A program made the translations under genes and the position numbers. Positions 11,678-24,887 of a stretch of 64,000 nt of DNA are shown piece after piece. Origin of the DNA: Octopus bimaculoides (taxonomy: Eukaryota); contig NC_068992.1 in the NCBI RefSeq assembly GCF_001194135.2, positions 49,838,545-49,902,544 on the forward strand, written 5' to 3'. Numbering within the stretch: position 1 is the first letter of the stretch; each line of letters opens with the position of its first letter. The notes beneath the pieces are model-generated. The model was not told where the DNA came from, searched no databases, and saw only the letters and a list, made by a program, of their open reading frames with translations.

Positions 11678-12599
11678 TATACATACGTATAATACACATA
11701 CATACATACATACATACATATGTGCGTTTGTGTGTAAATGAAATTTTCCTTGATATATTGAATGGGAACTTTCCTCCTAACCACAAACATCGCTACATTT
11801 TTAACAAGTATACGGTTAAATTTTCTTTCGCTACTACACTAAATTTAACGGATATTATAAAATACTAATCCCTCTAAAATGAATAAGTATAATAAAAATA
11901 ACACACGGTCGCGCACACAGTAAAAACTCTGATACATCCTACTTATCTGTATAGCGCCAAAGTGAGTGAGATTCAGAATGTAGAAAACAATAGCAAAAAT
12001 ACAAAACATATTCCCATAAATGTAGTACTGCCATACTTCTCAAGAGTAATAAAATTTATGGTAACTTAATTAATGGACATGATATAAAAGATGACAATTT
12101 TGTACACTTAGTAAAAATATCGTAAGAAATTTGCACTAGTAATAACCGTAAAATAACAATAATAACCAAATACACACGAATTCAAACTTTTTACAATCTA
12201 CCAACATATGTAGTAATGTTAGTAAATCTAATACTGGATGTTAAATCAGTAGAGAACAAGAAGATAGCGTAGGTAGTGGCAAAAATATTCTTTCTAGGGT
12301 GGAAACTTCAGACCTATATAAACGTGAGTCAACTTTACAAAATATTGTCTTGCATTGTGACTGTAGAACGACTCCTACTTGTTCTTTCAGAGCAGTAGTA
12401 CTCAACCACTTTTTATCTATGAACTCCTTTGATTACTATTTTATTCTGATGGGTCCCTATTTAATGTTTAGAAACTAATTTTATAGATACTGCTTTCAAA
12501 ATACCCATTTTGTTCATTACACATTCACTTGAACTTTGTAAAATATTAGAGAAATGAACCTAGATGTTTCTTTGCGACAAATACATCTATAGCAAAAGT

Positions 12600-12719
12600 T
12601 TTCATGGACCCTTAAAATAACACTGTGGACCCAATTTACTATTTTACTTATGTGGACCCCTCTCCCAAATCTGATATGGAGTCTTAGGGTTCAGATGGGC
12701 TCCCGGTTGAGAACCACTG
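12600..12719. mobile_element. hAT/Charlie-like MITE end
   Basis: Ends in GGTTGAGAACCACTG (reverse complement CAGTGGTTCTCAACC, a Charlie-type terminus) with subterminal GGACCC repeats. Confidence 0.6.
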
Positions 12720-12779
12720 TTTTAGAGTAACTGTTTGACAGGCAACGTTATCTATATGTATAGCTTCATTACAGCAAAG

Positions 12780-13320
12780 TCCTTAGTCCATCCCGTGTCT
12801 GGTGGCGCATTGGGCAGACAACAACCTCCACTGATCTCTATTGGCAGCCTCTCTCTCGATGTTTTCCCGTTTTCTGTTTATTACTGCTATGTCTGCTTTG
12901 AACGATCTGCGCCATGTTGTTTTTGGTCTTCCACTCTTTCTCTTTCCGCCAGGCGGTTCCCATCTAAATGCTATTTTAACGTTGGTCTGGTATACGGAAA
13001 ATATGCCTGGCTAGTCTCATTCTTCTCTGCCACCACGATGTCTTGTGCTCGCTGTAGGAGTGCAGTATTTGTGATGTGGTCGCGAGAGGATATCTTCAAT
13101 ATTTTCCGCAAGACCCTCTGATGGAATACATCCAGTTTCTTGGATATTGTTGATGTTACTTTCCAAGTTTCACTGGCATACAGTGCTGTTGGTAACACGA
13201 TGGTGCTGTATATACGCAGTTTTATTTTCAAACCAATGCTTTTACTTGCCCAGATTTTCCCCATCTTTCTGAAAACTGCTGCAGCTTTGCCAACTCTCAC
13301 TTTGACATCACCATCTGTCG
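12780..13320 (-). mobile_element. RTE-clade LINE, 5'-truncated 3' end
   Basis: RVGKAAAVFRKMGKIWASKSIGLKIKLRIYSTIVLPTALYASETW...LDVFHQRVLRKILKI, then after a frameshift PPGGKRKSGRPKTTWRRSF...NRDQWRLLSAQCATRHGMD*. Confidence 0.9.
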
Positions 13321-14020
13321 CAGATGGTGATGTCTACTTTTGCAGAAAAAAGTGTTGGCGGCCAGTTAGCTGGTGCCAACACTTTTTTCTGCAAAAATAG
13401 GGGTAATTATTATTATTATTATTGGAGAAAGGGCTCTGTACCCCTTTCTTATTTTCTGACCAGGTTCCCGTGGCTTTTATGGGTTTTTCCACGTGTCACC
13501 TTTCGAAGCGCCTCCCCCTATTGGGAGTTTAATTTGTTATATCTTTCTTTGTTTTCCTCACCGTTTACACGAACGTTTTCTTTTCGGACAAAACCCTTTG
13601 TAACTTTTGTCCTGTCTTACATGTTTTTAATTTATATTAGCCCTTATAGCCAATAAAACTAGGATTGATTATTATTATTATTATTTAACCAGTTAACAAA
13701 TCGCTTGCTTGATCAATAAATCAGTAAGTTGGTTTGACAAAATCTTTGCATTGCCAATCGCAACTTCATCAATGACAATCCTTAATTTCTTCTGATCTGT
13801 CTAGTTGTCTCCATATAATACATACATACATACATACATACATACATACATTTTAGCTGCTTTCTCGTATACGAGCAAAGCCATTGCTAGAAAGAATCAT
13901 TGAAATGAGTCAATATTGATGCAATGTGAGGTCCTTGTATGATTCTGGAGCCCGGCGATCCAAAGTCACTCAGTCCTACATTCAAAGTATATACAAATCT
14001 GCAGTTAGACACCAGTGCAC

Positions 14021-14051
<31 letters not shown>

Positions 14052-14393
14052 TGTGTGTAACAGTATCTGTACGTATGACTCTAATACCAGAGTATTCAGT
14101 TGATATAAATGGAGGAACTAAGTTACGATGAGTAAAATATCACAGAATTATTTTAGTAAATAAATAATTCAGTCAGTTTTATTGCTTATCAGAGAAACAT
14201 TTATCATAACCACGTTTACACTTGCATATTTCTCCACCACCACCACACACACATATATATACATATGTATTACTCTGTACACAAAAATATGCATAGGTAG
14301 GTTACGCATCTATAATTGAAATGGCTTTTTCTTGAAAAGCTGGGAGCTATCTGCAAATGTATGATGCATTTATATGGACACACAATCGTATAC

Positions 14394-14440
<47 letters not shown>

Positions 14441-14553
14441 CATCTGTGTGTATATACACATATGTATGTATGTATATATGAATGCATGTATGTATGTATG
14501 TATACGTATATAAATGTATGTGCGCTTTTGTCTGTATGTGTGTATGAGTGAGT

Positions 14554-14584
<31 letters not shown>

Positions 14585-15266
14585 NNNNNNNNNNNNNNNN
14601 NNNNNNNNNNNNNNNNNNNNNNNNNNNNNNNNNNNNNNNNNNNNNNNNNNNNNNNNNNNNNNNNNNNNNNNNNNNNNNNNNNNNNNNNNNNNNNNNNNNN
14701 NNNNNNNNNNNNNNNNNNNNNNNNNNNNNNNNNNNNNNNNNNNNNNNNNNNNNNNNNNNNNNNNNNNNNNNNNNNNNNNNNNNNNNNNNNNNNNNNNNNN
14801 NNNNNNNNCCCACCCCACCCCCACCCCCATCATCATCATCAGCAGCACTATCACCACCATCGCAACCAACAACACCAACACCATGACCATCACCACAAAC
14901 AACCGTCACCACCGCTACAAACACCAAAGCCAACAGTACAAACAGAAATTTATGCAAGTACTACTTTTTGTATAAAGTCGCATACGACATCATATCCTGC
15001 AGCGACACCAAATCACAATGCACTGCAACGCGCTGGACTGCATGCTGCACTAACATAAACATTTTTGCACACACAATAAGTGCGTGCGTGCGTGAGTGCG
15101 TACGCACGTGCACACACAGACACACACACTGACACACACACAGACACACACACAGACACACACACAGACACACACACAGACACTTCACTTCTAAATCACG
15201 CTTTACAAGAGACTTAAATGCGTGGTTTTTATACATATGAACATCTGTATGAACAGTGTAAATATA

Positions 15267-15480
15267 TATTGGGTTGGTGCATAATTACTGTGGCTTTTTT
15301 CTTCAACAAATTTTATTCAACGAAAACAGTAACAATATTTAACAAAAACATATTTAAATGACGGTATGATCGTCTGCCAAGCAAATGGAAAGCAGTAATT
15401 GAAGTAGATGGTGAATATGCTCCGGAATAATCATTTAAAGATGTTTTTGTTGCATGTTATTGTTTTTGTAAAACTACGGA
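15267..15480 (+). mobile_element. Internally deleted mariner element
   Basis: TA-TTGGGTTGGTGCATAA terminus joined to the transposase C-terminus DRLPSKWKAVIEVDGEYAPE* (15368-15430). Confidence 0.7.
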
Positions 15481-15859
15481 TAGAAGACAGCGTGTACTCC
15501 ATCCCATGCAGCTGTGGTAGGTTATACAAAGGCGAAACGTGCCGCCCCTCAAAAGCAATTGTTACTCAAAGGGTGTAACTTATGAGCGAAGAAAACTAGA
15601 GACAACATAACCATAAATAAAATGTCATCTTGTTTAAAACACCTGATTCAACCACAATGTAAACTCTTAACTTAAATTTAATTTCAAATCATTTCCCCAT
15701 CGGCAATAAACAGCATAAGCTAACTAATCGTTAGGACATCCAAGTGACCTTTAGTTGATTTCCTAGCTTTCGTGACATCGTTGCAAATATTAACCGCACA
15801 GAACCGTTACATACTTTTAGCAAATATGCACCAAGTGTCCACATGAATGTATTAATAGT

Positions 15860-16270
15860 TAGACACTATCAACAAATATTGACGTTTACGCAACTACTGA
15901 GATAACCAACTATGTCATTGACAAAAGGTAGAATTGTGTACCCTCGATCATAAATGTAATCCCGAAGCAAATGTTTATGAAGTTGGTGCGATTTTCCGTA
16001 TTCCCAAGAATTGGATCTCATTACATTATACATAGGTATGGATAAAAGATCCTTTAAGACCCTATACATGAATGACAATTCTATCTTTAAATTTGCAATC
16101 AAGAGAAATTCCACAGCCCTCTCAAGCTATATATAGCAACTAGAAGAGGCATTCCAATTTTAAAATTTCAATTGGACAATCTCAGTTCGAAGCAATTCAT
16201 TAATTAATAAGAAGGATTTCTGCAACTATCGCATCGAAAATGAATTTCAAATATGAATTAAAGTAACATA
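15860..16270 (+). mobile_element. Penelope-like element GIY-YIG endonuclease relic
   Basis: CTLDHKCNPEANVYE...YIGMDKRSFKTLY...NSTALSSYI*; disrupted by stops. Confidence 0.65.
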
Positions 16271-17287
16271 CGCTGTGAGTGACTGAGTTAATAGGTCGTC
16301 AAGAAAACAAGTTTTATCTTTATAACAACCATAACTGAAAGCTAGTAACAATATTAATTTGCCAATTAGAGGTCGTTGCCTAGCTTGGAATTTACTAACG
16401 TGTGTGCACAGTCGGTATTTTCTCTCATACTTCACATAATTTCTTCAAGGTTTACACAATTCATTCCCATACATAGAGTAGGTACATTTGTGGAAATCGT
16501 TGGTGAATATACCATAACATTACCATTTTATTTTTTCTTATAATCATTTTAGTCATTACTTCTTACATTTATCTTATTATTGAACGCTAGCAGAATTTCA
16601 TTGGTAAATTTCCACGTCTCTCTTTTAAAAAACGGTATTTCCTCTTTTCCGAACATCAATCCACGGGCGCATTTTTTTTCACATGAAAATTTCTACTTTT
16701 CCTTGAAATTCTTCTTGTTTAATTAACCTCTTTTCCAGAATAAGGCCATTTAAAATTATAACACCTTTCTTTTACGTTTCAACAATATCGTTTTAAATTT
16801 CCAAAAAAAGTCCGACATAATAATTTTCATTTCTCAATGAAATCCTTACTATATTTTCATTGCATTTTTCCCTGTCAGCTCCACTCTTAAAAATAATGCT
16901 TGCGCTCACAGTTTTATGATGATTTCATTTCAATTTTCGTACAGACCCTTATCAGTAATTCCACATTTCTCTTCGGCTACGTTTTTGTCCTTTCTCAATG
17001 AGATTTAATTAAAACTTGTTGCTTTTTGAGACGCTTAGTAGAGAGCTACTATTAGGTGATACACTGAAAAGCGACGTCGTGGAACGAAAGAGGTGTCAAC
17101 GCTATCCGCCGCATCTTTAAAAAGTCCTGAGAAAAGATGACAAGCAAAATATCATGATGAGGTACATGAAAATGCATCTATAACAGCACAAAAGCAACAA
17201 ATAAGTACCTCTCACCGCATCTCACATCATTTTATCTATCTATCTATCTGTCTGCTTGTCTGTCCGTGTCTATGCCTCCATCCACCC

Positions 17288-17320
<33 letters not shown>

Positions 17321-19649
17321 CCTCCCACTCTTCTCTTTTGCAACCCCCGTTTTTTAACGAAGGTCAATAAATATTTGTTTCTTTTCTTGTCATTTCGTTT
17401 CATTTTCAGAACAGACCCTTATCAGTTTAAACCACCTTAAATTTCAAACCCGTCTTTATCGTCTCTCAATGAGGTTTAATTAATATTTGTTTCTTTAACT
17501 TAATTTAATCTTTCTGAGAGGTTTTGAATGTATGGACTCCTTTTATTTAGAGTCTCAAATATAATTGAAAGGGGCCATCTCTCACTTTCACACAGAAATG
17601 GCAGCAGTTTACCTTTTTTGTTTGCTCAGTCTGGATGCTAGGTACATCGATAATCCTTTTGGTCACAATACTTTTTGACTAAGTCGGGAAATCTTCTTGT
17701 GAAAGTTCTGACGAGCTTTCCGACACGTCTCCAAATATTTCATACATTTTGTTGTGCGTTTTGGTAACGGGGGAATCAAAAATTCTTTTTTCGGGGGAAT
17801 CCATTGGTTTTTTTACTTGTAGTTGGCTCCTCACCAGACAACAAAAAATTCTTCGTCTCACCAGACATTTCTGTGCCAACGTTAGGCCCCTCGCTAGACG
17901 ACATTTTAACCCCCAACGGGGGAATGAACAAACGTGTGCTTTCTACAAGCACTTAGTGTTTTCAAATAAAAACTCCAACGGTTAGAAATTTAACAGAAAC
18001 AGTAGTTAATAAAAGAGTAGTTATTATAAATAATAACACCAATAAACAGCAATTTTCACCACGAACACATGTGCGACGCGTAACCAACAAACTCACGGAG
18101 CCGTTATACCACAAAGCATTTCGCCCGGCGTGCTAACGATTCTGCCAGCTCGCCGTCTTCCTACCGTTACAATAATGAAGACAGAAAAACAAAAATAAAG
18201 CTAAAAAAGAAAATTAGTAAGTCTTTCAAGATATCTACTTACGTTTCTGTTCGATTCAAGCAATACATAATTTCTAATTCTATAGATATTCACGTCAATA
18301 GATTATTCTACAGTAATAACCACAAGCGAAAGATTTCAAACATGTTATTCAGAAAGATAAATACAGATTCCATGCATCTTATTACAAACAATAAAATGAA
18401 TGCTTTCTGTTCACTTTTGCTACACATTGACGAGTTTCCATTATAAAGCTCACGTTTTGGATATATCACTTTTCTGAAATCTCTTAAGAGGCACTGTTTC
18501 AATTGCTATTTCACTGATAGTCAATACTAAACAAAACGGCAGAGGAGAGAAATAATATTATGTCACACACATTAAAAAGGGAAGTCGTATGAAGGGCGAC
18601 GAACTCTCCAGAGCAAAGATTGCAAACACAATATGACGACAGAACACGTGAAAATACAGTTATAAGTAATAACATAAAAAGGCAACCAAAACACACTTTT
18701 CACCATTTTTATCTATCTATCTATCTTGTCTTTATTTTTTATTCTTTTCTTTCGTTTTTAGCTTTCATTCTTGTTCTTATTCTTTCTTATCTCTTTATAT
18801 ATTTCTGTCTTTTTCTTTTTCCTATTCTCTTCTTTCCTTCTTCCTTCCTTTCTCTTTCTTTTTCTCCTTCGTTCCTTTTTCTTTCTTTCCTTCTCCTATT
18901 ATACATTACCTCCTTTTATATTTCCTTTCCTCTTCTTAGCTGCCTTTCCAATCGCCATTCATTCTTCTGTCCACTTCTCAGTCATTCTCTTTCTTTCTAA
19001 TCGCTGTGTGTTCACGCAATCTTTCGCCTACGTAACAGCATGTTTACTTAGCTATCATATTTATATATTTAACTGACTGCATCCTTGGAAATTCCATGGA
19101 TGTTTAGAAAACTATCAAATTGTTGGAAGTTTAATGAAAAGTAGGTGATCCATAGTTTCATTTGAAATTGCATTTTCTGAATTTATTTTTTGAGATGGCG
19201 TGATTGGTTACGAGAAACTCTGTTATCGGATCTGTTCAGTTTGGCTCACAGAATTAAATTTTTTTTTTTTAACTAAACAGTTTGAAACTTCGCATACCGG
19301 TATAATTTCTCACGCAGAACACGGTTTACTTTGAACATTTTTGATAAAATTTCGTGTTTGAGTAATTTTAACCAATCAACGTGTAATCAGTTGAAGAAAC
19401 CTACTGCTGTTTGCTATAGTAATTAGAAAGAAACAACTTCCGGGTCATCTCTACTAAATGTCACCACTCTGTTCTATTTTTTTTTTTTTTTTACTGCCTG
19501 TGTTGCATATTACACGCTTTTTTCTTCTTCTTTTTGCTTCTCGCGTCGGAGTAACCAGTAAACGTCGAAGAATCAACACCAAGAAGGAAGAACTATTATT
19601 TACATATGGTCATTCCGTTTTTTTTCTATTTTGAACATTTAGGGTAAAC

Positions 19650-19870
19650 ACTTATGTGTTGAGGGTGCTGCTGTACTCCGGCCCCGAATGCAGGACTCGA
19701 TGTCTTATCATGCAGTGAAGCAGCTCTGTAGGTGTTTCACGACACCAGCGCTGCCCAGTGCCATATACCGATGTAGGCGGCGAAACTCCCATACAAAAGC
19801 GCAAGCTATACCACAGCGATGAGGACTGACTTGCTACTAAATCGTTAGAAGACATTTTATGACATATTTG
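19650..19870 (+). mobile_element. Decayed RTE-like LINE fragment
   Basis: VLRVLLYSG.E...KQL.VFH remnants resembling VLLYGSETW...L.VFH. Confidence 0.4.
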
Positions 19871-20102
19871 ACTCTTGGACTAATGGAGATAAATTTAATT
19901 GATTTATATCCCAGTAATCAAAGGCATGCATTAAAAAATGATTGGCCTCATTAACTTTATAAGCAGAGGAGAGAAAACGATAATTAGCAAATTTTAAGGC
20001 CTTTCGTGTTACCATTAGCATCAAGGAAATATTCGCAAAAGAAACAGTTGCAATTAGTCAAGAAAGGAAACCAGACTCACTATTTATGAAAAATACATAA
20101 TG

Positions 20103-20280
20103 AATGCAGGAATGCCCATGTGGTCAAGAAAGTTGATTTGCAACCATGTGGTTTCGGATTCAATTCCACTGCGCGGCACCTTGGGCAAATATCTTCTACG
20201 AGAGCCCCCCCCCCCAACCGAGTCGACCAGTGACTTGTGAGTGATTCTGATTGACGGAAACTTTGTGGAAGCCCGTCGCA
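20103..20280 (+). mobile_element. SINE family A head
   Basis: GTGGTCAAGAAAG...GATTCAATTCC...GGCACCTTGGGCAAAT...GAAGCCCGTCG followed by (TA)n. Confidence 0.8.
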
Positions 20281-20421
20281 TATATATATATATATATATA
20301 TATGTTTATAAACAGTTGTTTATAATTTTCACCTAAAAAGGCATTTTAATATGTTGGCCACTTGATGAAATTTTTGAAAAAAATTTATCCTATATTACAA
20401 GTATATGTATATATACATATA

Positions 20422-20474
<53 letters not shown>

Positions 20475-20537
20475 ATATAGAGAGAGAGAGAGGGAGAGGG
20501 GGAGAAAGAGAGAGAGAGAGAAAAAGAGAGAGAGAAA

Positions 20538-20815
20538 GATGAAAAGAAAATGGAGAATTATGGATGTATAAATAATTTATTTGTATGACATAATGAGGTT
20601 GAAAGATTTTTTTATAAAAACAATACAAATAAATTATAAATTATAAAGCTGTAAAAGAAATGGCAGATGCCAAATATCTATATCTGCCTTTTCTTTTAGA
20701 GCTTTATAATTTATAATTTATTTGTATTGTTTTTATAAAAAAATCTCTCAACCACATTATGTCACACAAATAAATTATTTATGGGTCCATAATTCTCCAT
20801 TTTCTTCCTCTCATC
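20538..20815. repeat. Long AT-rich inverted repeat (~130-bp arms, short spacer)
   Basis: gatgaaaagaaaatggagaattatgg...gctgtaaaagaaatggcagat pairs with atctgccttttcttttagagc...ccataattctccattttcttcctctcatc. Confidence 0.9.
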
Positions 20816-20983
20816 ATTATGAACAATATGTATTACCATAATAATCCCTAACATAACACCGAGATTTCTTCTTATATGATAGTGAATAATCCGTGAAATT
20901 TTGGGATTATTTAATCCTTAATAAGGACCTGACATCCTCGGATTGACTACACATACACATACACACATGCATACATACATACG

Positions 20984-21012
20984 TACGAGGAACTTTTCAG
21001 CACCCCCTCGTA
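20984..21012. mobile_element. Collapsed mariner-type remnant (29 bp)
   Basis: TACGAGG...CCTCGTA inverted ends; the reverse complement reads TACGAGGGGGTGCTGAAAAGTT, resembling a mariner terminal repeat. Confidence 0.55.
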
Positions 21013-21393
21013 CATACGTATGTATGTATGTATGTATGTATGCATGCATGCATGTATGTATGTGTGTATGTATGTATGTATTTGTGTGTGTGTGTAGTAT
21101 ATATATATATAATCCAAGAAAATTAGGGGTTGTGAATCCAACCCACAAAGAGATAATATCTATCCAATATTCTGCCGGAAGGATACCCAATTATTATTAC
21201 ACTAGTGTTATTACCAAGTGTAATAAATGGGTGCAGGTAAAAGTAAATTTTACCCTTAATTTATATAGCAATAAGAAAATGGAGGGGAATATGTGGTATT
21301 CATCAACTTTCAGACATTGTATTATGTCAATTTACCTGTTTATTTTTCCACTAAGAGGACAATAAAAACACATGTCACATGTGTTTGTATATT

Positions 21394-21428
<35 letters not shown>

Positions 21429-22351
21429 TAGTAGTAGTAGTAGAGGGTGAAATTTTTAGCCTAAACACTTCACAGCAGTGTCCCAGCACGGTGCAATCCA
21501 AGGACTGAAGCAAGTAAACGGTGAAAGATATGTTGAGAGGTTTTACTTAATAACAAATTGAACAACCACCCACTTACCAAAACCTTTTTTTTCTTTCACG
21601 GCTTTTTTTTTTTTTTTTTTTTTTTTTTTTCTTGCCTCTTTGTCTCTTTTGCCTTTGTTACGACACTGAACAAAGTCAATTATCTCACAAAAGGAATTTA
21701 ATTTTTACCAGAGCTAATATTTGCATAAGAACAACCAAATAATACAACAGTATCCATACCATATGACAGCATCAACAATAAAGATAGTCGGGGTTACTCG
21801 TAACAAAAGAAAGATAAAAGCCTGAATTTTTCACAAATGAGGAAAAAAGTAATTAAAGTAATAAAAAAAAACGTATAATAAATTATAAGATTAACCGATT
21901 CTTTAAGAGTCAGAAGACTATGTGTGCGACATTTTTTTTTATTTTGAATTTTTGATATATTTTGTGCATTATTGATTTTGTTTGTGTTTTCATCAGGACA
22001 AAATGTTAATGATTTAATTATAATGGCTTGGGAATATAATGCATTCAAAACGATCGTTTTTAGTAAACCGATAATAATAAAACCATCGATCCCATAAGAA
22101 TGAAAGGGAAAACTTGGTTATGTGGGAATTTGAACTTACAAAGGAAAGATAAAGAAATAAATATTGTAAAGAATACAACCAAACGCAAACACCATTATAT
22201 TTTTCTTTTGCTAAATATTTTCTCATCGTGAACATTCATACTCATGTGTGTGTGTGTGTGTACATGTGTGTCCGTGTGTGTGTGCGTGTGTGCGTGTGTG
22301 TGTGTGTGTGTGTGTGCATGCGTGTGCGAGTGTGTGTATAGGATAACTATA

Positions 22352-22550
22352 AGGTGGCTAGCTGGCGGCATCATTACTGCATCGGACAAAATGCTTAGCG
22401 GCATTTCTTCCGACTCTTCACGTTCTCACTTCAAATTCCGGCGAGGCCGACTTTATTTTTCATCCTTTCGGAATTGATAAAATAACATAGAGGTAGGTGG
22501 AATCGACTTCTTCCTCCTCACAAAGCTCTAACTTTGTACCAAAATTAGAA
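22352..22550 (+). mobile_element. SINE family B, diverged
   Basis: AAGGTGGCTAGCTGGC...TTCAAATTCCGGCGAGGCCGACTTT...CATCCTTTCGG. Confidence 0.75.
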
Positions 22551-23062
22551 TACATACACATGGATTTTTCGAAGGGAAGGTACAAGGTCAGATGGGAATA
22601 CAATTCCAGGAGAAAATAGCGTAATAATTTAGAAGGGCACACTTCTTTTCTTGTCTGAGTGCATGGTCAGTGATGGTCTTCTTTGCTCACGAGTGAACAG
22701 CAGTCACGAAAGTATGTCGGTCTCTCCCACTCTCTCTCCACCATACACTTTCTCTCTTTCTCGCTCTTCCCAGCGCACTCTCTCTCTCTTTCTTTTTCGC
22801 TCTCCCCTATACACTCTCTCTCTCTTTCTCGCTCTCCCCCTCACAAACACTCTCTCTCTCCCTCTCTTTCTTCATGTGTATGTTGATGCGTAGTATCTAA
22901 TACGTCCCTCACAAAGTGAAAGTCGAACAATGAAGTAAATGATTGTTATATTTTCATCTACTGTCCACCAAAAATGGTTGTTTCGCAAAAATATATCTAT
23001 ATTTATTTCAAAGAATTCGATAATGCAATGAGGACACACAAAATAGAAAGATAGATAGATAA

Positions 23063-23106
<44 letters not shown>

Positions 23107-23891
23107 GCAGGCAAGTAGGTAGGTAGGTGGATAGATAGATAGATGCTTATATAATTGCAAATATATATTGCAGTGCAGTTATTTCAAGAAGGAAAAAAGA
23201 GCACAGCATTCATCCGTGGAAACGGTAAATAGTCTATTTTCGCAGCTTTGTTACTCTTGAGAATGATGATGAATAAAATTATAAAAAGTGTGTTGAGTGA
23301 AGTAAAAATAATACCCTAGCAGTCGATATAGATCCATATTATTGAATACACACACACACACACATTATTTAATAAACACACTATATATTTTATGTGCTAC
23401 TACTAGTTTCATGCGCTGAGAGCATGCCAGGTAGTATTTTTTGATACTGGTGACCTAGCTCAATCATCACGCACTGCCCTTTTAGCACAACGAACTAAAA
23501 ATGGAAGACAGGTCGAGGAAAAAAGCAAGAATAAAGTAGATCTTCTTTTGTTGATCTTACCATCATGGAACAGTACGATGTGTGTGTGTGTGTATTAATT
23601 CATCATTAGCAACAGAAGCAGTATTTGTTCAAAATAGTAATCTGTGTATCATGCTTAATGAAGATACATCGGTGAAAGCCTTATAAAACTGAGGTATTCT
23701 TCTCGAGAAAGAATCTGTTACAGATATATAGTGTAGGAAAACATAAATACATCAGTAGCAGACAAAATTCGTCCAGCAGCGTCGTAGCATGACTAAGTAC
23801 GAATTTATTGTATATATATTACAATATATGTATGTATATGATATAAATAGTATATATTATAAAATAAATGTAATATATATTATGTATTAAA

Positions 23892-24115
23892 CAGGGTTGA
23901 CCAAAAGTCACCTGACAGTAAATCAAAACCATTTAATTCCAAGATTTATTTATGTTTAACAACTGAATGAATTTAATAAAAGCATCTAAATATGAAACAT
24001 CATGAAAATTGTTCAAACTGAAGTCCTTCTTGAGCGACACATTTTTCCATCCGAGTCAATACAGAATTACAGACAGAATTTTGGTTTACTGTCGGGTAAC
24101 TTATGGCCAAACCTG
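23892..24115. mobile_element. Tc1/mariner-type MITE (~225 bp)
   Basis: Imperfect ~37-bp terminal inverted repeats CAGGGTTGACCAAAAGTCACCTGACAGTAAATCAAAA and TTTTGGTTTACTGTCGGGTAACTTATGGCCAAACCTG, followed by TA. Confidence 0.8.
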
Positions 24116-24258
24116 TACATACATACACACACACACGTTACCTAATTTTTACAGCCCATTTCAATAAATAATTGTTTTAATTTTTGTTTCTTATGGACAT
24201 CAATAAAAGCCGCCCTCTAAGATTTATATGGTTCTGATTTGCTCGTCCATGCGCTCGA

Positions 24259-24420
24259 CAGTGGTTTCTAAAAGTGGGTGGTACATCCCCAGTCCCTGGG
24301 GGCGGTGGAAAGTTCCAGGTGGTGGTGGGAATGGCGTTGAAGAAAAGTGGAGCGGAAATGGGGCGGCCAAAAGTGGGTTGGGAGTGATGGATGCAAAACC
24401 AGCAAAATAATGGGTTAATT
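24259..24420. mobile_element. hAT/Charlie-like element end
   Basis: CAGTGGTTTCTAAAAGTGGG terminus followed by a G-rich subterminal region. Confidence 0.4.
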
Positions 24421-24856
24421 ATTTCGAAGTCACTGATAAAATTATTCTTCACACACACACATCAGTATCCTTTCGTGTGTCTTGGTGGGTATTCGATAGC
24501 CGTTAAAGGGCACGGGACTTTAAAATCCCCTTACAGTTTATCCCCTCTCAAATGGTGTGGTCCCATCGATCGGGGTCAGCTGAAACATTAGGGGAGCTCG
24601 ATTAGCATATTTTGTCAGCAGGAGATGGGATTTGAAGTGAAAAATGGCAAACAAAATGGAATACTGCAAGTCATCCGATCCAAAGCTCTAGCGCCATATG
24701 TGTGTGCATAGGGGTATGTGTGTGTGTGTGTGTGTGTGTACATGTCAGAGTCTGTGCGTATATGTGCATGTATATGCACGTATGTGTATATATATTGTGT
24801 GTATATATATATATCTATATGCATACACATGTTCATAGGCATACATACACACACGC

Positions 24857-24887
<31 letters not shown>

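Noticed and set aside
16938-17495. Two diverged ~90-bp direct repeats (CAGACCCTTATCAGT...TCTCAATGAG)
   Set aside because: Old, low-information duplication or an unclassified repeat; nothing supports function.
17679-17990. Minus-strand ORF with an acidic tail as a piggyBac N-terminus
   Set aside because: No TTAA-CCC terminus or catalytic motif seen.
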